A program made the translations under genes and the position numbers. 53,001 bases of DNA, from contig NC_068989.1 of NCBI RefSeq assembly GCF_001194135.2, positions 35,082,429 through 35,135,429 of the forward strand. Direction: 5' to 3'. Below, in pieces: positions 24,254 through 37,179 of the stretch. The stretch comes from Octopus bimaculoides (taxonomy: Eukaryota). The notes under the pieces were generated by a model. The model saw only the letters and a list, made by a program, of their open reading frames with translations. It ran no database searches and had not been told where the DNA came from. Within the stretch, counting starts at the first letter, position 1. Every line of letters begins with the position of its first letter.

Positions 24254-24950
24254 CAAGACCGGATTTAAACGTTGAATGGGCCCTGAACACTTCAAGTTTA
24301 AAAATTAAATTCCCTGACAAATCACCAAACTCACTTCTCAAAAGTCGTCTACTGCATGTTATTGAAATTGACAACTTACCATATAGAATGTTTAAGTGTA
24401 GATGTGGAAGCAAAATTTTATCATCTAAATTAATTACAGCAACTTTTACCACCTTACCACTATATACTACAACAATAACTGTAAAAAGTCTTTCTTTCCA
24501 CACTTGGCATTTGAAAAATCTTTAATGTATTTCTCAAACTGTATCGTCTTTAGAATATTGTTCCTTATATCCAAAAGTCACAGAACACCTAGTCTTTCAT
24601 GGGCCATCGTGGTTCTCAAACAACTCTTTATCAGTCTCAGTTTACTGAATGACCTCTCTCCTGAACAACTAGTACCATTCTTCATCATTTGTTTCTAAGT
24701 TTTCCTTTTTCGAAGCAAAAAAGAGACAAAAAAATTCTGTAAGGCGTTGTGGTTTTTGCTAATACTACAGCATTGTTTTCACTTCTTTCCTTGAAAATTT
24801 TCCTTTTCTGAGTTCCAGACTGGTGAATTTTCATTAGCATACTAGGTATTCTCTGTGTGAATATAATCTGAATAAAAATAAAGCGAAATTCGTCTCAAAA
24901 ATAAAGTAAACAGGAACTGATAACAACAATTTAGACGCACTTCATTTATT
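24254..24950 (-). mobile_element. hAT transposon remnant (C-terminal dimerisation domain and 3' end)
   Basis: TSCSGERSFSKLRLIKSCLRTTMAHERL on the minus strand. Terminus CAAGACCGGATTTA resembles hAT CAGGGCCGGATTT. Confidence 0.8.
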
Positions 24951-25464
24951 CTGTGAGAAGCATACTACGTCAGGTATATCTCTGTAACTCCTACGTCTGG
25001 GGCAGATAAGCAGCCCAAAGTTAATCAAATGTTGATAGAAAATAGTTCAAGCGATTAATAGCAAACCAAGGCTACAGATTAAGGATTTCGATTCCATAAA
25101 ATTACTTTCCTTCAAAATTATATTTCATTTTCATGGAAGCGAAGAAGGGCCACAAACGATTCAGAAAAAAAAAAAAAAAAAATTAACTGGATTTATGTAT
25201 TTCATAGCTCTCTAAACTTCAAACAAGCTAACCATAATATTTGAGCTTACAACTCTACTTGCACTTTTGTTATATCTGCAGATGTAACAATCCAAATAAT
25301 TTTGTGTTGGAAGAGAGTAGTTTGGATTGCAGTTAAGATGTGTTGTTGTTAGTAATGACCCTAAAGTATATTTTTCATGTTTCGACATTTTTCTAGTTTA
25401 AAAAAAAAAAATTTTACATCTATTTACGACCAGGAATTATGGTAGTAGACATCTGCTGAAATAA

Positions 25465-25683
25465 TCCTTTCTACTATAGGCATAAGACCTGAAATTTCGT
25501 GGGAGGGGGATAATTGATCATATCGATCCCAGTACTTGACTGGTACTTATTTTAGAGAGACCCCGAAAGGATGAAAGGCAAAGTCGACCACGGCGAAATT
25601 TGAACTTAGAACGTAAAGAGACGGACGAAATGCCGCTAAGCATTTTGTCTCACGTGCTAACAAATTTTGCACCTCACCGCCTT
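25465..25683 (-). mobile_element. Full-length SINE family A with 15-bp TSD
   Basis: CATCTGCTGAAATAA at 25450-25464 and 25684-25698. Confidence 0.95.
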
Positions 25684-26037
25684 CATCTGCTGAAATAACA
25701 ACTAATGCCCGAAAAAGATTGCTGAAAATTGGTGGCCATAGACAACTTGAAAGATAAAGATTAACGAAACTGAAAGTTAAAGTTGCAGAACAGCACCAGC
25801 AACAGTGACAGGTACTAAATCACTTTCAATAAATTTTCTTTTTTGCGAAAGTGAAAATAGTATGGTAAACAACATCAGTCAAACGTATATTTCATTTCAA
25901 ACAGCATCATGCAAATAAGAATTACAACAAATTGACAAAGAATTAATGATAGAAACAATTAAAAAATTTTTTCTGTCATTTATCAAAATTTGTTGTTCAA
26001 TCCAAAAAAGAACAAATTCTAATGCAACGAAAAAATA

Positions 26038-26180
26038 TTCTTTTCTACTATAGGCACAAGGCCTGAAATTTAGAGGAAGGATGCTAGTCAATTACATCGA
26101 CCTCAATACTTAACTGGTACTCAATTTATCGACCCCGAAAGGATGAAAGGCAAAGTCGACCTCGGCGGAATTTGAACTCG
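26038..26180 (-). mobile_element. 5'-truncated SINE family A
   Basis: TTTTCTACTATAGGCACAAGG...GAATTTGAACTC. Confidence 0.9.
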
Positions 26181-26716
26181 AAAAATTTATTTTTTTGTTT
26201 GTTATAGAGACAGTGAAATAATGAAAATGAAACTAGCAATAATGAGGAATGGCACAAAAATAACTTGGCTACCCTGAATCACCAAAATGAATAAGTTAAT
26301 GCATAAAAGTCGGTTATTATTGAAGATTTCTCTTTTTATTCTCCAACAGCATTATTTATGTCACATCGGAGAAAATAAGACATTTATAATAAGTTAAGTT
26401 AGCCAAGATAGTTTTTTTTGTACTTTTTCTATTATTGTTGGTTTCATTTTCGTTGATATTTCACTTATATGTTCCTAAATAACAAGATTTCCAAAGTGGA
26501 CTCTTTACAAAACATATCTTTATTGCAAGGGAGCTCCTTCACTAACAAAACAACACCATCCACCAAAATTGATTCCGACCATATCTCGAGAGATGTTATT
26601 TTGAACGACAAAAGTGAAACTGGAATTCTAAATTGCATGATCGGTCAATCTTATAGTTGTGAAAGTACTGTACTGTATATACTTTTAAAAATAATTTTTA
26701 TAATTTGTATGTTTTT

Positions 26717-27453
26717 ATTTTTACCTCCGCCAAGGAAGGAGGTTATGTTTTCATCGGTGTTGGTTTGTCTATCTGTCTGTCTGTGTGCAAAATAACTCAA
26801 AAAGTTGTGAACAGTATTTGATAAAACGTGCAGGAAAAGTTGGTAATGACACGAGGAACAGATGATGAAATTTTGGTAGTGATCCGGGAAATGTTATGGA
26901 TTCTTGAAGGATTTTTCATTTGTTATATCTACTTTACATGAAGTATTACAATGTTACATTCTTTGATTATCTCCCTTGAAAACACGTTCATCGTTTCTAC
27001 GTAACATATGGTGGTGTTGCTGTTTAGAGACAGTGTTGATGATGACGATGGTCGAGATAAGAATGGGAGGAGGATAAAATAGTATCAGTGGTTATAATGG
27101 CGACAGGAGCGGTGTAATGTGTGATGTTGAGGTGATGGTGGTATTGCGGTGGTGAAAGTGACTGTCAAGGTAACCGTCATGATAACGTTGATGGCGGTGT
27201 ATGTGGTTGAAGTGGAAGCAATGACAATGCTGCTGATGATGTTGGTGGTTGTGAACTGCTTCACATGATTCCTGTTTTTAAAGGTTTTTTTTTCTTAAAA
27301 TCATATGGCTGTATTATTTTTTTTATCCCCGCCATGGAGGTTATGTTTTTGCCGGCGTTGGTTTGGGAAATCGGGCGATTTTCAGCATGCGTGTATATGG
27401 GTGGAAATGAGCCGCTTGGTGGAGGTCTGCGCTCTCCGAGTACTTTTCTAGTT
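26717..27453 (+). mobile_element. DINE-1/HINE-like (Helentron-associated) element
   Basis: Subterminal inverted repeats CCTCCGCCAAG (26724-26734) and CTTGGTGGAGG (27415-27425), (CTGT)n near the 5' end, short 3' stem-loop, T-rich ends. Confidence 0.8.
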
Positions 27454-27586
27454 TATGAATGCAAAACAACACCACTTAAGAATCGACGTAAGCTTAAATA
27501 ATAAACCGCGATATGCCGAGGGATTACTGTACTGATATAGTCTATAAGAAAAGAGAGAGGGAAGAATCTTAAGGGTCCATCTAGAC

Positions 27587-27921
27587 CAGTAGTTTATATG
27601 ACCCCTAAGGATCCATATAAGATTTTAAGGGGTCCACACAACAAAATAGTAAAATGGAGATCCACAATAGTATTTTAAGGGCCCCTGAAAAAAATTGTTT
27701 TAGATGTATATGTTGGTATGTATTGCAAGAAACAGCTAGGTTTCTTTCTCTAACATTTTACATAGTTCAACCTACACAAGTTAATGTATGAAAAACAAAA
27801 TATGAATTTTGAAAGAGGTTTCTATAAAACTAGTTTTTAAGCATCGAATGGCTATGGGGGTCCATTAGAATAGAATGGTAATCGAAGGTGTCCATAGGTA
27901 AAAAATGGTTGAGAACCCCTA
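27587..27921. mobile_element. hAT-Charlie-like MITE
   Basis: 8-bp TSD ATCTAGAC at 27579-27586 and 27922-27929. Right end GTTGAGAACCCCTA. Confidence 0.85.
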
Positions 27922-28289
27922 ATCTAGACAGACTATGTTCATACGATAGCACTCAGACAGAATCTGCTAAATACCGACTGCAAAAATGAATACATTAACT
28001 AAGTTCTCAAAAGTAAAGGAAATAATATTCTACTGGTCGATAGTAAACTCCTCAAGAAGTATTCACTTCCCAGTGGCATAATATGTGACCCCAGAATTGC
28101 TGAGCAAGCGTATTTCTACAAAGAACTAAAAGAGAAACATTTTGTATCAAATGAATAAATACATGAATAGATAAATATAGGTTACACATGGTTATATCTT
28201 ACGGAAACTTGAGGTTGAAGATCACATTAAGATGAAGTGTGACTTTTCTTAAACTCGTCACCGTTACATTACTTCACATTTCAAATGTT

Positions 28290-28690
28290 ATGCATTTGTA
28301 ATTCAACAGTAGGATATTGCTACAAAACACCCAATAAAAACAATAGATAGTGGCTTCCTTAAACTCCCAAGATACGACTGAAAGTGTCGATTATGTCAGA
28401 TTTCTATTACACATGTGATCAGCAGCTGTCCCCAAAATGTCGTGTTACTAATTCCCTTAGCGACTTGAAACCGTTGCTAAAACAATATACAATACCATAT
28501 GTAGGAAAGATGCTCCAGGATAAATATAGACAATGCCCTAGTTATTGAATACATGCATGTATATTAACACAAGGAATATTAGTGGAACATTCCCATCAAA
28601 ATTTCTACCAAGTGCAAACGCAACAAACCTGAAAGAGTCATTTGGAACAGAAAAGAAAACTCAAGTACAATCGTAGAGGTCAGCCGGCCT
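28290..28690 (+). mobile_element. Degenerate restriction-like-endonuclease LINE fragment, second family
   Basis: Frameshifted YAFVIQQ.DIATK, ITHVISSCP, VAKTIYNTIC, WNIPIKISTKCKRNKP and IVEVS. Confidence 0.65.
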
Positions 28691-28699
28691 GCAGGTCTT

Positions 28700-28860
28700 T
28701 ATCTTTTATCTTTTACTTGTTTCAGTCTTAGACTGCAGCAATGCTGGGGCACCGCCTTGAATTTTAGTCGAACGAATCAATCCCAATACTTATTTTTTAA
28801 AGCCTGGTACTTATTCTATCGGTTCCTTTTTCCGAACCGCTAGATTACGGGGACTGAAAC
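28700..28860 (-). mobile_element. 3' part of a long tRNA-derived SINE (family C)
   Basis: TTTTACTTGTTTCAGTC...CCGAACCGCTAGATTACGGGGAC, homologous to 35650-35768. Confidence 0.8.
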
Positions 28861-29183
28861 CCATCAATAATTATTGGCGCACTTGGTGATGTTAATGAAT
28901 GTTTAAGTGGTAACCTTTATAAGCTAGGGCTTTCAGTCGAAGAAAATGACCAGTTAAGATACATCTTACAAATGCCACCAGTCGGTAGAAGAATAAAGGC
29001 ATGAGAAACTTCCTTAAATTTCAATGGGTAACTATGACTGTTTTTATTATGTAAATTATTCTGAAGGAGTTTTGTTCTTTTGTTAAAGATCGTAGTTTCC
29101 TCATCTATGCTATAATGGAGAAAACAATTATTAAAGGGTTGACCATCTGGAAATATTTTTATAAATTCATGTTCTAAGAAGTT

Positions 29184-29260
29184 TCTTTCTTTATTGCCCA
29201 CAAAGGGCTGACAAAGAGGGGACAGCACAGCCTGATCGGGGTCAGACACACAGATGAGTA
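29184..29260 (-). mobile_element. Short fragment ending in the L1/Tx1-type tail
   Basis: TGTCCCCCTCTTTGTCAGCCCTTTGTGGGCAATAAAGAAAGAAA. Confidence 0.75.
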
Positions 29261-30402
29261 TAATTAAAAATTCACGCGGTTATAATGAAATCGAATGAAA
29301 TACAACATAAAAGACAAAATTGCAAACACACAATGAGGTAGTAAAAAACAGGTTAAGCTCCGACCCAACGAGCCCTGTTCTGACAGAAATGAAGTTTTAA
29401 TGTTGGAGTGAAACTAACGGTATTTCTGTGTTCTTGAATGGTTTACAAACATCTTCCACGCTGCAATTGTTTTTCTTTCAGCACACNNNNNNNNNNNNNN
29501 NNNNNNNNNNNNNNNNNNNNNNNNNNNNNNNNNNNNNNNNNNNNNNNNNNNNNNNNNNNNNNNNNNNNNNNNNNNNNNNNNNAAATGCCAGCAATGACCT
29601 TCTCAGGCTCTCCAATATTTTAATTTCTCAACAGAAACAATTGGGGGCAGGGAGTAGGGCTGTAAAAAGTTCATAATTTCTCAAATTTTCTTTTCTATAG
29701 CATATAAATGTATTTATGGGGGGAAAATATCGAAGAACATTAATACATGCGAGAGTGATAAAGAAATGAGGAGGGTTGTCTTTGTGCTAGAAACAACTGC
29801 TAAATCGCCCTTAAATCACTTTCTCTCTGAAAATATTAACAATTAAATATTTTTTTTTCCGAAAATGCTCTTCCCATGGTTTTGAAGTGCCAAAAAATTG
29901 GCCAAAACAGGTCCGGAGTGGGGTGATGAGGGAGGGGATGTAAAAAAAGAGTTTTCAGAACTTTTCTTATACAAAGATACTCTCTCAACCCCATCATTTC
30001 GAAGACTGTGGTTTAAAAAAAAAATGTGGAAAATCCCCGAAAAAATTATCTCCACAAATTTTTTATAATCGTATTCTATGCCGCTTGAAAGAGATTTGTA
30101 TAAATTTTCATTAAATGATACCCATCTTCCTGAAAGTTAGGGAAAAAAGTCAGATGGCGTGAATTTTCTGAAACTCCTTTCTCCACCCCTCGCAAAAATT
30201 CTTCCCCATAAATCCCTATATACACTGAAGCCACAACATCTAAGCGGTATTTGTAGTAAATTTTGTTTAAAAGTATCCATTTTTCTAGATGTTATGAGGC
30301 AACAAAGTTGGGGGCATATACATCTGTAGTAATGCCCTTTTATTTATACGATTTTTTCATTTCATGTTTATTTCATTCATTGTTTGCAATGTTCTCTCTC
30401 TC

Positions 30403-30470
<68 letters not shown>

Positions 30471-31094
30471 AAGCCTCCAGATGGGCTGCTGAATTGTTGC
30501 TTTGAGGGGAAAGTAAAACTTGACAAACTACTTGTCCCTCTTTTGTTGGACTACCGTGATGTTTGTTTAAAAAAAAGAGATTATGATTGTGGTAAAATAA
30601 TAATGAAAGCAATATTTACTAAGCAAGTGAGCACCATTATACAAAGAAATGATTAGAAATGGGAATCAAATATGAAAATATTATCAAGGGGCTAGCAGAA
30701 AACCGCCCGAAGGGTGGTCTTTCTGCTAATATGAATAATTCAAATAAACTTTGTATAATAACAGCCAACATAAAGGTTGGTTGGTTGATTTCTCCAGTCA
30801 TGCGTTACATCGTAAAGGGAGGAGAAAGAAAGAAAGAGAGAAAGGGAGAGAGAGAGAGAGGAAAAGAGAAAAAAAGAAAGAGAGAGAAAGGGCGATAGAG
30901 AAGAAGAGAGAGAGAGAGTAAAACAAAGACAAAGAGAGAGTTAACATAATGGCTGTGGGGTGAGTGCATTTACTAGTCTTCGTGGCAGGCAATGTGTCAG
31001 TGAAAGGAAAAGAATCATAGACAAAGGAGGAGGAGGAAGAAGAAGAAGAGGCGTCGGAGAAGCCGTATATACACACACATGCACACGTATTTAA

Positions 31095-32520
31095 TAAAGA
31101 GACAGAGATAGAAAGAGCGAGATGTTGAATAGTTGAGGACCCGTGAAACCCAAGCTGTTACAGTACTGAGTCCTAATTCTAGATGGAGATGACATGATCT
31201 TTGGTATTATTCTGTGGCGTCCTAAGTATTTCGAATATAGTCTGTTTGTGGGCAGATAGTGGAAGGCTTGAAACTTTTCAGTATTGAACTGTCTGTATAT
31301 TGCATTCAGGTCTTTCCGCAGTTTTAGGATGTCAACAGGATCCTTGACTGCCTGTGATACTTTTGTGTCATCAGCATAGCTGGTGAGAGTAGATGACTGT
31401 ATGGTTGCGGGCATGTCTGAGAGAGCCACCACAAATAGTAGTGGTCCCAGTACAGTTCCTTGAGGGACTCCACTGAGAACTGATGTCTCCCGAGAGAAAA
31501 CACCATTGGTGGACTTTTGTCTTTTGAAAAGTCATGCAGCCACTCTCCTAATTTTTCAGCAATATCAAGGTTATGCAGTTTGTGACGTATCATTCCATGA
31601 TCAACTTCGTGGAAGGCCTTGGCAAAGTCGAGATATATCATATTCGAGATATATCCATATTTGAGTGATTGAGCTGTTGTTTCAATACCCAATCAAAATG
31701 CTGCAGTAGTTGCCTGGGGCAGCTCCTTGCTGGACGGAAGTCATGTTGCATGTTTGTGAGTAAGTTATATTCTTCCAAGAACGTGATCTGCATATCTTCT
31801 GACCTTGACAACATATGAGGTCAGAGAGATAGACTTGTAATTTTTAGCATCTGCTCTGCTTCCTCCTTTATTATACCTTCGTTTAACATTTTGAGAAGTC
31901 TACCACATGCAGGGAAACGCTGAAAAAGTGTTTTGCGAGAGCTTTCATGCATGTCTTTAAAAGAACATGCTGGAAATCTATTTAGGCCCGTTACTGAGTT
32001 CGAGTTCATCTAATCAGTATTACAACTTCTTCCTTTATATCAATTTAATCGATGGTTGCCATATTCTCATGTAGATCTGCAATGTTGAAAAACTCAATTG
32101 GTTTGCTTATTTGCATATTTCCCAGTGGAAAGGTGAAGACACTTTGGAATTGTTTATTTAGCACTTCACTTATCCTCCTGGGGTCTGCAGTTAGTGAGTC
32201 ATCTTCTTCAAACAGTGGTCCTATATTGTAGTGCACCGAGGTAGGTGCTTCCACAAACTTGCAGATGGCTTTAGGTTTCTTTTTATTCCTTTTTTTCACA
32301 GCAGTCTGAGTTTATTTACGATCTTTAAGAGGGCCTCTTTGAAGAAGGATTTTTCGCCGACATTAAATTATTATTTAAGTTTATTTAGTTCTCTGTCTCA
32401 TTAGGGCTCTCCTGTTTCGGGGAATGCTATTTTTGTATGTATTGTCTCTCTTCTGTGTGGCAAATTTAATGCATATGGCTCGCATTGTCTTGAATGGAGA
32501 GACTTTAAGCCAACTTTGCT
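31095..32520 (-). mobile_element. CR1/L2-like LINE RT pseudogene with internal deletions
   Basis: IYLDFAKAFHEVDH, VPQGTVLGPLLF, SYADDTK and EVLNKQFQSVFT. Confidence 0.88.
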
Positions 32521-32908
32521 GGAGTTGACTTCCAGTCAGCTTTCTAAAAGATCAGATTGGATAGGGTTTGGGTGCCATCTATATGAAATACTTCTTTAAT
32601 TAATGTTGGACATCGTCATTTTTACCATGTTATGGCCCGAGAAAATTGTCGTCGATATCTTCACATTGCTGATAAGTTCCACATTCGATTCTAAATTTGT
32701 GAAATTAGGCATTTATATTATATTATATATANNNNNNNNNNNNNNNNNNNNNNNNNNNNNNNNTATATATATATATATTATGTATAATAGTTTAACATAT
32801 ATATTTATATATAAGACTTTATAATAATGACGAAGAATTGTACATCCACAAAGCTTGCTTATTACATTCATCTATACAATATATCCTCTTTAAAATTTTG
32901 TTCGGCAA

Positions 32909-33136
32909 GTGTTTCTACTGCGTAGATATCCTAGAATGTGGTATCCAGTGGCATCCTGTCGGTTCAGTTGCATTATTATTTCGTTTAAGTTCAACCTATT
33001 GAAAGACTCGTAACAATATCAACTTGAATAAAGCTGCATGGATACATTTACCTTGGATGAAATCACAAAGCAAGCTGCACCAACACGATGCTACTGGACA
33101 CCACATTCTAGGATATCTATGCAGTAGAAGAAACAC
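32909..33136. mobile_element. Small inverted-repeat element (MITE-like)
   Basis: Arms 32909-32971 and 33070-33136, core CTACTGC(G/A)TAGATATCCTAGAATGTGGT. Confidence 0.7.
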
Positions 33137-33420
33137 GCGTTGGATAGAGTTTTAAAAGAAATATATCGTATATATGGCTGTAATAAAGAAGCTTTGTAGG
33201 TGTACAGTTTTAAAATCTTAAATACACTCTCTGTATACTGTATAAAATTCGAAGAAGCAAACTCAGGATTTACCCATCAGCTGAAATACCGCGTGATGGT
33301 TTACCTTAAACAAATTTCCGTTATTTTATATTATTCCATGTGATTAGCCAGAACCCGGATTATACTTGAGTTCTTGTAAGGTACCTGCTCAGATTTCATA
33401 TCCCTGTCCATTCACATTAT

Positions 33421-33475
<55 letters not shown>

Positions 33476-33679
33476 TGTGCATGTGTATTTGTGTGAGCGC
33501 ATGTCTTTGTGTCTGTGATTGTTCCCTACCGCTTTACCACTGGTGTTGGTTTATTTATGTTCCCCTAACTTAGCACTTCGGCAAAAGAGGTTTAAAAAGT
33601 CTGTAATAGGATTGTTCTGTTTGACTAATGCCCTAAAACCCAACATGGTTGCTGACTGAATCAAGTAAAAGATATCTGT

Positions 33680-33710
<31 letters not shown>

Positions 33711-33725
33711 GGAGAGAAAAAGAGG

Positions 33726-33770
<45 letters not shown>

Positions 33771-34237
33771 TAAAACAAAGACGCAGAGAGAGTTAACATA
33801 AGAGCTGCGGAGTGAAGGCATTTACTAGTCTTCGTGGCAGGCAATGTGTAAATGAACACCACACAGTGAAAGAGAAAGAATCATAGAGACAAAGGAGGAG
33901 GAGGAAGAAAAAGAAGAGGAGGAAAGAGACAGAGATAGAAAGAGAGAAAAAGAGCGAGAAAGTGAGCAAGAGAGTGGATGAGTGCATATATCATCTTCCT
34001 TAATTTAAAATAATTTACAGGGAGTATAATTTCGCTTTCATTTTTTTTTTGCTCTTTGTATATGCTTTTATTCGTTTACTTGTTTCAGTCATTTTGACTG
34101 TGGCCATGCTGGAGCGCCGCCTTTTGTTTTATTTAATTTTATTTAGAAGTAATAAATGTATTTCTTTTGAAAGTTAGTATCATTTCATCATTATGTATAA
34201 GACCCAGGAAATTCAATAAAAGTTATATCATAATTCT

Positions 34238-34269
<32 letters not shown>

Positions 34270-34577
34270 TGTATGTATGTATGTATGTATGTATGCATGT
34301 ATGTATGTATGTATGTATGTATGTATGTATGTATGTATGCATGCATGTATGTACTGTGTATGTATGTATGTATGTATGTATGTATGTATGTATGTCTCCC
34401 ATATTTTCTGATATTGTCTAAGTTGGCAAATAGATGTAGAGCAGGCATGGGCAATCTTTTTTGAGAAGCTGGGTGCATGGGACATGGCTCATCATCATGC
34501 AGGCTGCAAAGTTGTCAATGATTGCTGTAGAATCATGATTTTTATTAAATTGAATAATTTAAAGATATTGATCAAGC

Positions 34578-35768
34578 GCTGCACTGGCTGTGTGGTGAGA
34601 AGCTTGCTTCCCAACCACATGGTTCCGGATTCAGTCCTACTGCGTGACACCTTGGGCAAGTATCTTCTAGTATAGCCTCGGGCCGACCAAAGCCTTGTGA
34701 GTCGATTTGGTAGACGGAAACTGAAAGAAGCCCGTCAGTCATATATATATATACCGTAAATCCTCGCGTATAATCCGCATTTTTCCCCCAAAATTTAAAG
34801 GTCAAAATCTTTAGTGCGTACTATATACGAGGTTAAAAATGAAAAATATTTTCTAAGCAATGTCCGAGTCTCTATTTGCTATCCGGCAATATTTATTCAG
34901 ACACATTTTGTGATGTCGGGCATGAAAATACCTTAAGCTAAGCTGAATGCAATGAAGTCATAAAAGAATCATCAAAGTCATTCACCAAAGGTGGAAGGGT
35001 TCGCGCTCCCGACCTGACTTTGATATGCAAATGAATCGTGTATGCATGATCCCCAGATTATTGTGAAAAGTTTTATCAAATGTTGTATATCGTCTGCACT
35101 GGATGGTACTCAGGATGACGCTGTATGGAAAGATGAAATAAACGAAAGTGAATCTTCTGATGTTGACTATGAATCTGACGATGACGGAGATTTACACTAC
35201 AATGATGCTGACATGTTTACGGAGGAACAAATGGAACAGTTATTTGATGCTGAAAGTGACGTTGAATTTGAAGGATTTGAATAAATGTTTTTGCTTTTGC
35301 TTTTGTAACTGATAGTGATAAATATGTGAAAGGCAATTTACTTAATATTTATTTTTCACTGACGTTATTACTGTTATTTCTTTATTTTCTGCAAAGTGCA
35401 CAAAAAAGCTACACGTTTGCATTATGTTATGTATACAATAATAATAAAGGACGTTACCGTATATATGTTTACAAACCAACGACGTTGTATAGACGTCCTT
35501 GACTGAAGTTAGAGAAGGGGTGCGTATTATGCACAAGGTTTAGGTTTTTCAGAGGTACAGCCTCCTAAAAATCCCCTGCGTATTATACTCAAGGGCGGCC
35601 TATACTCGAGGATTTACGGTATATATATATATATATATAATATATAATACGCAGGGGATAGAATAAGTACTAGGCTTACAAAGAATAAATCCTTAGGTCA
35701 ATTAGTTCGATTAAAGGCGGTGCTTCAGCATGGCCGCAGTCAAATGTCTGAAACAAGTAAAAGAGTAA
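34578..35768 (+). mobile_element. Long tRNA-derived SINE (family C) split by a DNA transposon
   Basis: Head TGGCTGTGTGG...GGATTCAGTCC...CCTTGGGCAAG at 34578-34740. Tail GATAGAATAAGTACTAGG...CAAGTAAAAGAGTA at 35655-35768. Confidence 0.85.
34754..35619 (+). mobile_element. Internally deleted pogo/Tc2-like transposon
   Basis: TIR CCGTAAATCCTCG(C/A)GTATA with TA flanks. C-terminal remnant IVKSFIKCCISSALDGTQDDAVW...EFEGF (35042-35284). Confidence 0.85.
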
Positions 35769-36525
35769 ATATTGTTAATCTGCCACAAGTGAAACAACCT
35801 ATTTGAACCATTTTTTGCATTCTCTATTTATTAATCTCCGCTTAAACTTGGATATTCTGCCGTAGATACCACGAGAGAAACTTGTACATTGACTTTGGTG
35901 CAAAATGCACTCTTGTTTAGCGGTGAGATAAATCCCCACCACATTCAGCGCCGAGATTACCAGATAACGCGATTTCGACCTTCTTTGGTCTTGTCAATGA
36001 TGGACCCCCAATCGCTAGAAATAGTAGCGATTCATCTTCCTGTCAGTGATATATAGAATAACAGTGCAAGAATGGGCGCTGGTGTTGCGATGTTTATTTG
36101 GGACAGAGGCAATATCAGTATCGAGAAGTAATATTTATCCCCACTTAAACGTGGATATTCTTTTAGGACAAACTTTATTGCGATAGTTACCATGAGAGAA
36201 ACTCTCTTACTGACTTTTGTTACAAAATGCACTCTTGTTTATATTTCTATGGTTAAAACCATGGCCGACTCAGCAGTCATTATAGGTTCCCGAGCAAATC
36301 AATGCACCAGGCTCTATATTTATTGACAGCAATCCAACAGTGAACATAGTTCGAAATTGGGCCCCTAGACCCACGAGGAATCCGGAAATTGCCAAGTGTA
36401 CCCATGACTGATAGACACCTGTAATAGAATCCACGCCTCTTTTTGACGTGACAGTCCCACAGGCAGCCTTCGACTTTTCCTGGCTAAAAGCCAATATTCA
36501 CATACTATTATTTACAGCTTTATGT

Positions 36526-36956
36526 AAGGTGGCGAGCTGGAAGAATCGTTAGCGCGCCGGGAGAAATGCTTAGCGTCATTTCGTCTGCCGTTACGTTCTG
36601 AGTTCAAATTCCGCCGAGGTCGACTTTGCCCTTCATCCTTTCGGGGTCGATATATTAAGTACCAGTCACGCACGGGGGTCGATGTAATCGACTTAATCCA
36701 TTTGTCTGTCTTTGTTTGTCCCCTCCGTGTTTAGCCCCTTGTGGGCAATAAAGAAATAAGAATCGTTAGGACGTCGAGTAAAATGCTTCGCAGCATTTCG
36801 TCCGTCTTCGCGTTTTGAGTTCAAATTCTGCCGAGGTCGACTTTGCCTTTTATCCTTTCGGGATCGATTAAATAAGTACCAGTTACGCACTGAGGTTGAT
36901 GTACTCGACTTAATCCCTTCCCCCAAATACGAAGCGTTGTGCATCCAGTAGAAAGG
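36526..36956 (+). mobile_element. SINE B (about 36546-36762) inserted in the head of a SINE A
   Basis: Outer 19-bp TSD at 36507-36525 and 36957-36975. The LINE-type tail at 36762 is followed by TCGTTAG. Confidence 0.88.
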
Positions 36957-37179
36957 ATTATTTATAGCTTTATGTGTGAGCTTCGAGATATTCCTAAAAA
37001 AGATTTAGTTCAGGTCCTCCCGAAAGCTTATAAATTCTTATGACGCCAATAATCTGTAATAGAAATATAAGATATAGATATGCGTACGTAGCTGTACACT
37101 TCCACTCATTATTTTGTCGCAAGGTCTGAAATTTGGAGGGAAGGATACTTATCAATTTCATCGCCTCTAGTGCTCGACA

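Noticed and set aside
29690-30260. Possible TIR element
   Set aside because: The inverted similarity (TATGGGGGGAAAAT / ATTCTTCCCCATA) is short, and I could not define ends or a TSD.
34443-34520. CAGGCATGGGCAA hAT-Charlie-like end
   Set aside because: No matching second end or TSD was found, and the piece is too short to call.
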